DNA of 64,000 nucleotides from a virus. The notes under the pieces are model-generated. The model did no database searches, was not told where the DNA came from, and was given only the letters and a program-made list of their open reading frames with translations. The stretch is taken from IMG/VR virus record IMGVR_UViG_3300034069_000634, positions 1 through 64,000 of that record, one strand, 5' to 3'. Of the stretch, positions 36,098 to 43,077 are shown in pieces. How positions within the stretch are numbered: the first letter of the stretch is position 1; every line of letters begins with the position of its first letter. The position numbers were made by a program, and so were the translations under genes.

Positions 36098-36495
36098 CTC
36101 GTTCTCCTCTTCGGATAGCGCCGCTCGACGGCGCGCTTCAGGGCCGCGATGCCGCGGGTCTTCTTGGGATCGCCGAGCCGGACGGCACGGCGCTCGATCT
36201 TTCGGGCCTGATTCACCGTCTTCGGGACGACCTCGATGTGATCCGGGTTTACGCACAGCGAGAACTCGCACGTATGATCCCGGTCGTGCTCCGGCGGGCA
36301 ATCTCGGCCGCCGATCGCCTCACAGGCGAAGCGATGGGCGCGCACGGTCCGGTTGCCCAGACGGAAGCTCCCGTAGAACTTCCGGTTGCCCTTGCCGCGC
36401 GAGCGGGCGCCGGACCAGAACCAGCAACCGCTCGGGAGCTTCTCGACATAGCGGTAGAACCGCGCGACATCGGTGTCGGTGAAGGCGAGGGTCAT
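36094..36495 (-). CDS. HNH endonuclease (genome-typical GC)
   Basis: Contains HDRDHTCEFSLCVNPDHIEVVPKTVN. Confidence 0.7.
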   Translation of the reverse strand: MTLAFTDTDVARFYRYVEKLPSGCWFWSGARSRGKGNRKFYGSFRLGNRTVRAHRFACEAIGGRDCPPEHDRDHTCEFSLCVNPDHIEVVPKTVNQARKIERRAVRLGDPKKTRGIAALKRAVERRYPKRRTR

Positions 36496-36498
36496 CAA

Positions 36499-36672
36499 TT
36501 ATGCCTTAACCGGGACGACGCGGACGTTGTAAATGCCGTCGGTCTCGATCAAATCGCGATGCTTCGCGTTGAACGCCTTGCTCCCGCGGATGAAGTCGGC
36601 GCTCGCACGGCCCCAGGTGTCGTCGTAGCTGCGGGTCTCGAAGTAGACCTTGATCTTGGCGTTCTTGGTCAT
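36499..36672 (-). CDS. small hypothetical protein (57 aa)
   Basis: The first ORF after promoter motif E. Below the ORF-track cutoff. Confidence 0.35.
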   Translation of the reverse strand: MTKNAKIKVYFETRSYDDTWGRASADFIRGSKAFNAKHRDLIETDGIYNVRVVPVKA

Positions 36673-36719
36673 GGTCTCGGCTCCATCAGGAGAGGTCCTG
36701 GGCTCGCGGCCCCGAAGTG

Positions 36720-36751
36720 AGTAGACATGATCCGAGCGGAAAAGAAAAGCG
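36720..36751 (-). promoter_or_regulatory. early promoter motif E: CGCTTTTCTTTT-N14-TCTACT
   Basis: Located 48 nt upstream of ATG 36672. Confidence 0.5.
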
Positions 36752-36752
36752 T

Positions 36753-37016
36753 TTATTTGGAGACGAGAGCCGACCGCGTCATCGCGATGTCTCCGAGTTG
36801 ACGGGCGGCCTGGACGAATATCGTGCGCCCATCGGCCGGACCCATGACCGCGACAGCGTCACGGATCATCTGTTCCGCGGTATCGAGGCTGGAGAGCTTC
36901 AAGGGGTTGCAAATGACATACTGACCGGTCGCCAATGCGAATTTGGTCGGACGCGTCAGAACCTCGGCGCCTTGCATGATCGGCTGAAAGGTCTTCGCGG
37001 CGTGATTGTCGGTCAT
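36753..37016 (-). CDS. hypothetical protein, single-gene unit
   Basis: 87 aa. Its promoter and leader are shared with 37094..37336. Confidence 0.5.
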   Translation of the reverse strand: MTDNHAAKTFQPIMQGAEVLTRPTKFALATGQYVICNPLKLSSLDTAEQMIRDAVAVMGPADGRTIFVQAARQLGDIAMTRSALVSK

Positions 37017-37059
37017 CGGTTCGGTTCCTTCTCTCCGGCTCGTCTCCGGCCGTGGCTCT

Positions 37060-37091
37060 ATATAGCGCCATCCCATCGGAAAAGAAAAGCG
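37060..37091 (-). promoter_or_regulatory. early promoter motif F: CGCTTTTCTTTT-N14-CTATAT
   Basis: Located 44 nt upstream of ATG 37016. Part of a duplicated 78-nt cassette. Confidence 0.6.
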
Positions 37092-37093
37092 TT

Positions 37094-37336
37094 TTATTCG
37101 ATGACATACTCAAGCTGGCCGGGAAACAGGTAGAACGAGCCGTTACCGTTCCGGACGCGGTAGCCTTCGCCGTCCGCCTTCAGGAGCCACTCGCCAGCCT
37201 TCTCGAAGCGGCGGTAGACCTTCCGGTCGAGAACCATGACGCGGAGAGCGGTCCGGACGACGAGGCGACCGCCGCCCGCGATGTAAGCCAGGGCCTCGTC
37301 GGTGGAGTTCGCGGGAACGGGGCTGGTGGTAGCCAT
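37094..37336 (-). CDS. hypothetical protein, single-gene unit
   Basis: 80 aa. This is the leftward-transcribed gene nearest the divergent promoter region. Confidence 0.5.
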   Translation of the reverse strand: MATTSPVPANSTDEALAYIAGGGRLVVRTALRVMVLDRKVYRRFEKAGEWLLKADGEGYRVRNGNGSFYLFPGQLEYVIE

Positions 37337-37379
37337 CGGATCAGTTCCTTCTCTCCGGCTCGTCTCCGGCCGTGGCTCT

Positions 37380-37411
37380 ATATAGCACCATCCCGACAAA
37401 AAAGAAAAGCG
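37380..37411 (-). promoter_or_regulatory. early promoter motif G: CGCTTTTCTTTT-N14-CTATAT
   Basis: Located 44 nt upstream of ATG 37336. It is divergent from motif I. Confidence 0.6.
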
Positions 37412-37461
37412 CCTTTTCCCGGTTCAGGTACGTTTTTTTTCGTGCGAAATCGCGAAAAAAG

Positions 37462-37493
37462 CGCTTTCCTTTTCCGCCGGGATCGGTTTAGAT
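37462..37493 (+). promoter_or_regulatory. early promoter motif I: CGCTTTCCTTTT-N14-TTAGAT (rightward)
   Basis: Located 59 nt upstream of ATG 37552, oriented toward the replication block. Confidence 0.55.
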
Positions 37494-37551
37494 CTTCGTC
37501 CACCGATCTCGCCGACGGTTTCCAAATCGGCGAACACAAGCGAGTAGAATC

Positions 37552-38352
37552 ATGGCTAAAGAAGTCGCTAAGGCTTCCGCGTCGAATCTCCCGGCGATCT
37601 CCGGTGACGGATTCGAAGAGTTCGCAGGCGCCGGGCTCGAAAACGTCGGATCGAACGACATCCTGATCCCGCGTTTGACCATCCTCCAGTCGCTCTCTCC
37701 CCAACTCAACAAGAAGAAGGCCGAGTTCATCGAGGGCTCAGAGATCGGCTCGATCGTCGATGTCGGCACGGGCGAGATGTTCCCGGAGGGCGTGCTGTTC
37801 CTGCCGGTCCATTACCGGAAGGAGTATCTCGAATGGGCGCCGCGCGCGTCCGGCCAGGGCCTCGTCAAGGTCCACTCCGACGCCTCGATCCTCGATCAGG
37901 CGCCCCGGAACGACCGGAACCAGAACGTCCTCCCGAACGGCAATTACATCGCCGAGACGGCGCAGTGGTTCGGCCTGAACCTGACGGCCGACCGCCGGAA
38001 GTGCTTCATTCCGATGGCCTCGACGCAGCTCAAGAAGTCCCGGAAGTGGATGACGCTCGCGACCTCCGAGCGGCTGAAGCGTCCGGACGGCTCCGAGTTC
38101 GCCGCGCCGCTGTTTTACCGGTCGTACAAGCTCACGACCGGTACGGAGAGCAACTCTCAGGGCGAGTGGGCCTCCTGGGCGATCGCCCGCGGCGCGACGC
38201 TCCCCGAACTCGGTGAGATGCTCGGTGTCGACTGGCGCGCGGTGAAGGAGGAGGCGGTCGAGTTCGCCAAGGCGCTCCAGAGCGGCGCGGTCAAGGCGGA
38301 CAACGCCGACGACCCGACCGAGACTGGTCCCACGAACGAAGGGGCGATGTGA
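37552..38352 (+). CDS. hypothetical protein with acidic C-terminus (possible ssDNA-binding or recombination role)
   Basis: 266 aa, the first gene of the rightward block. The functional guess is weak. Confidence 0.5.
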   Translation: MAKEVAKASASNLPAISGDGFEEFAGAGLENVGSNDILIPRLTILQSLSPQLNKKKAEFIEGSEIGSIVDVGTGEMFPEGVLFLPVHYRKEYLEWAPRASGQGLVKVHSDASILDQAPRNDRNQNVLPNGNYIAETAQWFGLNLTADRRKCFIPMASTQLKKSRKWMTLATSERLKRPDGSEFAAPLFYRSYKLTTGTESNSQGEWASWAIARGATLPELGEMLGVDWRAVKEEAVEFAKALQSGAVKADNADDPTETGPTNEGAM

Positions 38353-38912
38353 TCATGGCCGGCACCGCGAACGCTTCCGACTTCGACGTCGGCACCTCGT
38401 CGGCGCCGGCCACCGACCTCTCCGAATTGAACCGTCTCATTCGTGAGATGTTCGAGGCGGAGACGATGGTGGCCAACCTCGATGCCGATCTGAAGGCGGC
38501 CAAGGCCCGGTTCCAGAAGCTCAGAACCTTCACGATCCCCGACAAGATGACCGAACTCGGCGTCGACGCGCTGGAGTTCGGCGGCAAGCGCGTGGCGATC
38601 GAGCCATTTGTCTCGGGCTCGATCCCGAGCGACCCGGTCCGGAAGGCCGCGGCGATCGCGTGGCTCGTCGAGAACGGCGCCTCGGACCTGATCAAGACCT
38701 CGGTCGAGGTCGAGTTCGGAAAGAGCCAGCACAACGCCGCTCTGGACACGGCCGCAAAGCTCCGGGAGGCCGGGCTCGACCCGTCGGTCTCGGAGGGCGT
38801 CCACTCGCAGTCGCTGTGCGCCTTCGCGCGCGAGCGGATCAAGAACGGCGACCCGATCGACCCGGAAGTCCTCGGCCTGTTCACCGGCCGCGTCGCCAAG
38901 ATCAAGCGCTGA
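38349..38912 (+). CDS. hypothetical protein
   Basis: 187 aa. The start is GTG 38349 or ATG 38355. Confidence 0.5.
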   Translation: MIMAGTANASDFDVGTSSAPATDLSELNRLIREMFEAETMVANLDADLKAAKARFQKLRTFTIPDKMTELGVDALEFGGKRVAIEPFVSGSIPSDPVRKAAAIAWLVENGASDLIKTSVEVEFGKSQHNAALDTAAKLREAGLDPSVSEGVHSQSLCAFARERIKNGDPIDPEVLGLFTGRVAKIKR

Positions 38913-38979
38913 TCCCGAATCGTGACCTGACCCCGGCGTCCGCGCCGGGCGTCTTTGGCCGTGCGCGAAGGAGCTTTCG

Positions 38980-39570
38980 ATGATCGAGACCCCAAAATTT
39001 CCCTATGTTCGTCTGACGAATATGGACCGTGACCGTGTCGTTCGGCTCGCGATCGAAGGGGCGTTCTCCGAGCGAGAGGCGACGCTCGCGAAGGTCGAGA
39101 ACAACGTCGCCCGTGCGATATACGAGGCGATTCTGCCAGCCGCGGAGCGCAAGGCCGCCGCGGCGCTCCCGGACCGCTGGACGAAGCGCGTCACGACGCT
39201 CTCGGTCAACGTCGGTGGATTGGCGATGGACCTCGTCATCTCCGGCGATCCGATTCCCGTGCCGTACTCGAATCGTGACGGTTCGAAGCGAATCGGTGCG
39301 ACGGCAGACCCGGCGCACGTCGAGGCTGTCAATCGTCTCAATGGCGAGAAGGGAACGCTCGCGGCTGACAAGCGCCGCGCGAAGGCGTCTCTGGAGGCGC
39401 TCGTTTACTCGATCCGCTCGCTCCGAGAACTCGCCGAACTCTGGCCGGAGGGAGAGCCGTACTGGTCGTGGCTGAAGGACCGGAGCGGGAAGCCCGTCGC
39501 CGGTCTCCCGGCACCGCAGATCGCCGAGATTAACGCCCTTCTCGGGTTGCCGAAGGAAACACCGAAATGA
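38980..39570 (+). CDS. hypothetical protein
   Basis: 196-aa ORF. Confidence 0.5.
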   Translation: MIETPKFPYVRLTNMDRDRVVRLAIEGAFSEREATLAKVENNVARAIYEAILPAAERKAAAALPDRWTKRVTTLSVNVGGLAMDLVISGDPIPVPYSNRDGSKRIGATADPAHVEAVNRLNGEKGTLAADKRRAKASLEALVYSIRSLRELAELWPEGEPYWSWLKDRSGKPVAGLPAPQIAEINALLGLPKETPK

Positions 39571-40031
39571 AAATCATCGTCGTCGACCTCGACGGTACGC
39601 TCTGCGACAGCGCGCACCGGGACCATCTCGCGCAGGCGAAGGAGTGGGACCGATTTCACGAAGCCGCGAAGGACGATCAGCCGCGGGAGGATGTCGCGTT
39701 CTTTCTGCGCATGACCGTCGGCCGAATGACTGACGAATTCATGGTCATCGCCTGCACGGGTCGGAACGAGCGCTATCGACAGGCGACCCTTCGATGGCTC
39801 ATCGACAAGGATCTCGCCGTGTTCGATGCGATTCTGATGCGGCCCGATGGCGACTGGCGACCGGACGTCGAGATGAAGCCGGTGCTTCTTCATGAATTCA
39901 TGTCGAGCCTGGACGTCTCGAAAGGTGTCTTTCCGAAGGTCGCCTTCATCCTTGAAGATCGCGACAAGGTCGTCGAGGCGTGGCGGAACCTTGGTTATAA
40001 GTGTTGGCAGGTTCAGCCGGGAGGGTATTAG
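39567..40031 (+). CDS. HAD-superfamily phosphatase (polynucleotide 3'-phosphatase-like)
   Basis: VVDLDGTLCDS (DxDGT) N-terminal motif. 154 aa. Confidence 0.6.
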   Translation: MKIIVVDLDGTLCDSAHRDHLAQAKEWDRFHEAAKDDQPREDVAFFLRMTVGRMTDEFMVIACTGRNERYRQATLRWLIDKDLAVFDAILMRPDGDWRPDVEMKPVLLHEFMSSLDVSKGVFPKVAFILEDRDKVVEAWRNLGYKCWQVQPGGY

Positions 40032-40032
40032 G

Positions 40033-40752
40033 ATGTTGTTGCTTGGTGATTGTCTCGAAGAGATGAAGAAGATTGAATCCGGTTCAGTCGATATGGTTAT
40101 GTGCGATTTGCCATATGGCACTACACAGAATAAATGGGATGAAATTATCCCGCTCAATCTTTTATGGATTGAATACATAAGAATTTGTAAAGGCGCTATT
40201 GTGCTTACATCGCAACAGCCTTTCACCAGCAAACTCGTTATTTCAAACCCATCAATGTTCAAATACGAATGGATCTGGAAAAAGGAGTCCGGTACAGGTC
40301 ATCTTAATGCGAAAAAAGCTCCGCTTAAGGATCACGAAAATATTTTGATTTTCTATAAGGATCAGCCTACGTATAACCCGCAAATGAGAACGGGCTTTAA
40401 GCCGTATAGTTGTAAACAAGGAGCGAAAAAGAGCGAAAATTACGGATCTCAGACAGGGGCGTTTACCGTAAGCGATGGCTCTCGTTATCCTTTAACAACG
40501 ATTGAGTTTTCTCGCGATCGAAACAAAGTTCACCCAACTCAAAAACCTGTCGCCCTCCTTGAATACCTCATTCGAACCTACACGAACGAGGGCGATACGG
40601 CTCTTGATAACACGATGGGATCCGGTTCGACGGGCGTCGCTTGCGCTAATACCGGTCGCAAGTTCATCGGTATCGAGAAAGATCCGGCCTATTTCGCCAT
40701 CGCCGAGCGCCGCATCGCGGAGGCTCAATCTCTCGCCCAGGCTGCGGAGTAA
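40033..40752 (+). CDS. N6-adenine/N4-cytosine DNA methyltransferase (AT-rich island)
   Basis: CDLPYG (DPPY-type) and DNTMGSGSTGVAC (FxGxG AdoMet) motifs. The true ATG is at 40033, inside ORF-track entry 39892..40752. Confidence 0.8.
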   Translation: MLLLGDCLEEMKKIESGSVDMVMCDLPYGTTQNKWDEIIPLNLLWIEYIRICKGAIVLTSQQPFTSKLVISNPSMFKYEWIWKKESGTGHLNAKKAPLKDHENILIFYKDQPTYNPQMRTGFKPYSCKQGAKKSENYGSQTGAFTVSDGSRYPLTTIEFSRDRNKVHPTQKPVALLEYLIRTYTNEGDTALDNTMGSGSTGVACANTGRKFIGIEKDPAYFAIAERRIAEAQSLAQAAE

Positions 40753-40753
40753 A

Positions 40754-41074
40754 ATGATGAAAAGCTTTGCTGATATTTTACGTCAATCTCGCGAAAAGAT
40801 CGCGGACCCGAAACACTGGACGAAAGGAAATTTCGCCCAAGATGAAGAAGGCGAGCCTGTTTCTACTACTTCTCCGCGAGCTGTTTGTTGGTGCGCAATC
40901 GGTGCCATTGATGCGACCGCAGGCGGATTGGCTGCTCTGTATTGGCTTTCTGATGCCGTTCATGAAAAGGCGGGTCCAAGCTGTAGCGTCTCGGAATTCA
41001 ACGATAAGTCCGAACACGCCGATGTCCTCGCGGCGTTCGACCGCGCCATCGAACTCGCGGAGGCCGCGCGATGA
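40754..41074 (+). CDS. conserved phage protein, paralog family (third copy)
   Basis: IADPKHWTKGNFAQDEEG..VCWCAIGA matches the motifs of 22142..22926. Confidence 0.55.
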   Translation: MMKSFADILRQSREKIADPKHWTKGNFAQDEEGEPVSTTSPRAVCWCAIGAIDATAGGLAALYWLSDAVHEKAGPSCSVSEFNDKSEHADVLAAFDRAIELAEAAR

Positions 41075-41493
41075 CCCCGAGCGATTCCCTCCGCCAGTCA
41101 GCCGATGTCTTCGAGGAGCGCGGCCGCGTCTACGGCGACGCGTACAAAAACTTCGGTCACGTCCTGATGGCGATCCGGCCGAACGGCTTCGCGATCCGGA
41201 ACGTCGAGGACGCGAACCGTCTCGGCGTCTTCACGCAGATCGTCTCGAAGATCGTCCGGTACGCGAACCAGTTCGAGGCCGGCGGACACGACGATTCGCT
41301 CCTCGACCTGTCGACGTACGCGGCGATGCTGCGAGAGTTGGACGCGGAGGGGAGGGCGAAGCCAAAGTCGTGGTCGGAACAACTCGGTGCACGGCCGGAC
41401 GACCTTGTCGGTCCTCCAGGGCGATTCGGCCCCGTCGGCGATTCGGTCGTCCCGCGCGGCGATGGCTTCCGGGTCGGGGAGATTGAGCCATGA
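41071..41493 (+). CDS. DUF6378-like phage protein
   Basis: RGRVYGDAYKNFG..KIVRYAN..HDDSLLDLSTYAAM pattern, recognised from memory. Confidence 0.45.
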   Translation: MTPSDSLRQSADVFEERGRVYGDAYKNFGHVLMAIRPNGFAIRNVEDANRLGVFTQIVSKIVRYANQFEAGGHDDSLLDLSTYAAMLRELDAEGRAKPKSWSEQLGARPDDLVGPPGRFGPVGDSVVPRGDGFRVGEIEP

Positions 41494-41642
41494 AGAGATC
41501 CGACGCAACTGAGATCAAGCGATCCATCGAAAGCCTTTTGGAAGATATTGACGAGAAGGATCCGGACGAGACCGAGTTCTGGGTCGAAATGCATTGGGCG
41601 TTAAAGGATATAATCGACAGAATAGAAGAGTATTACGGATGA
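41490..41642 (+). CDS. small acidic protein (50 aa)
   Basis: ATGA-coupled at both ends. Below the ORF-track cutoff. Confidence 0.35.
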   Translation: MKRSDATEIKRSIESLLEDIDEKDPDETEFWVEMHWALKDIIDRIEEYYG

Positions 41643-42175
41643 GTAAGTATTCCTTTATTTTCGATTGCGAATCAACGGGTCTCGTTGGTCCAAGCCTTCT
41701 CACGACCAAACAACAACCGAAAGTTACGGAGTTCTATGGGGCTCTGTACGAGGACGGCAACAAGGTCGACGAGATCGAGTTCTTCGCAAACCCGGGGGAG
41801 AAGCTCGACCGCAAAATAACAAGCATCACCGGGATTACCGATGCGATGCTATCGGCGGCAAAGCCATTTTACGATCATGCAAAAGCGGTCTCCGATCTCA
41901 TTTTTCGAGCCGATGAGGTCGTCGCTCATAACCTGTCGTTCGACTTCGCGCTTCTCGAAGCCGAGTTTGAGCGCGCAGACATGATCGGACCCTGGCCCCC
42001 GAACCGGATCTGCACAGTCGAGGCGACCGAGTGGATCAAGGGATACCGGCTCTCGCTCTCGGCGCTCCACGAGCACCTCTTCGGCGAGAAGTTCGCCGGG
42101 GCTCACCGGGCACGCATCGACGTCGAGGCGTTGGCGCGGTGTTTCTTTGAACTCAGGCGGTTGGGATACGCGTGA
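41639..42175 (+). CDS. dnaQ: DnaQ-like 3'-5' exonuclease (DEDDh)
   Basis: Motifs FDCESTGL, HNLSFDFALL and HRARIDVEAL. Confidence 0.75.
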   Translation: MSKYSFIFDCESTGLVGPSLLTTKQQPKVTEFYGALYEDGNKVDEIEFFANPGEKLDRKITSITGITDAMLSAAKPFYDHAKAVSDLIFRADEVVAHNLSFDFALLEAEFERADMIGPWPPNRICTVEATEWIKGYRLSLSALHEHLFGEKFAGAHRARIDVEALARCFFELRRLGYA

Positions 42176-42417
42176 CGTTCCGGCGCCCACTGACCTACGG
42201 CCACGGCCGCGGCAGGGCGAGGCGGAAGAAGGACAAGGCCGAGCTTCTCGTCCGCATCTCCTTCGCCGAAGAGCCGAATCACCTCCCGCATTACGCCTAC
42301 ACGATGAAGGGGCCGGCGCTCGCGGCGGTCCACACGGCAAATCGGGCGGTGTCGCATCGCCCATCGACATGGATCCATGTCTCGCACGCGACAGAGGCAG
42401 GGATCGTTTTCGGGTAG
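42172..42417 (+). CDS. hypothetical protein
   Basis: 81-aa ORF with a GTG start. The sequence is basic and Arg-rich, so it may be an artefact. Confidence 0.25.
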   Translation: MTFRRPLTYGHGRGRARRKKDKAELLVRISFAEEPNHLPHYAYTMKGPALAAVHTANRAVSHRPSTWIHVSHATEAGIVFG

Positions 42418-42432
42418 GAAAGGATACTTGTG

Positions 42433-43077
42433 ATGAAGTTTCCGGTCGACACAATTCCGATGCCGGGTGGATGCATCGCGCAAGAGAAGTTTTACACGAA
42501 ATGGAAAATCAAAACCGGAGAGCCATTAATAAAAGGTCGACCAAAAATAATGTATGAAGGCGAGCAATGGCTCTCCTATAGGCTTAGTTATCACCTCAAC
42601 ATCGCCTGCATCGATCCATATCCGGACCTGAAGTCGGATCAACTCGTCCTTCACAGTTGCGATAACGGATGGTGTATCGCGCCAGATCATCTTCGGCTCG
42701 GGACTCAGACCGAGAACATGATCGATAAATCGGCGCGCAACGAGAACTACCGGGCGACGCGAGGGAAATTCTCAGAAGATGCTTTGCAGCGGATTCGTGA
42801 GGCGAACACCCGACGGAAAGGCGAGAAGCGAAAAGAAGGCTTCTGGCAAACTGAAGAGGGGCGGGCGAAAGCGGGAGAGGCTTCAAAAGCGAGATGGAGC
42901 GATAAAGAAAAAAGAGCTGCAACTATACAAGCAATGAAAGAGCGAGCGGCTTCAGAGCCAGCAAGAAAGAAAATACTCGCCGCACAAAAAGCAAGATGGG
43001 ATAAAGAAGGGTCTAGAGAAAGAGCCTCGTTAAAACTAAAGAAATACTGGGAAGAGAAGCGAGGTAATCTGTCGTGA
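42433..43077 (+). CDS. HNH homing endonuclease (AT-rich)
   Basis: HSCDNGWCIAPDHLRLGTQTENM core. The tail is Lys/Glu-rich and repetitive. Confidence 0.75.
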   Translation: MKFPVDTIPMPGGCIAQEKFYTKWKIKTGEPLIKGRPKIMYEGEQWLSYRLSYHLNIACIDPYPDLKSDQLVLHSCDNGWCIAPDHLRLGTQTENMIDKSARNENYRATRGKFSEDALQRIREANTRRKGEKRKEGFWQTEEGRAKAGEASKARWSDKEKRAATIQAMKERAASEPARKKILAAQKARWDKEGSRERASLKLKKYWEEKRGNLS

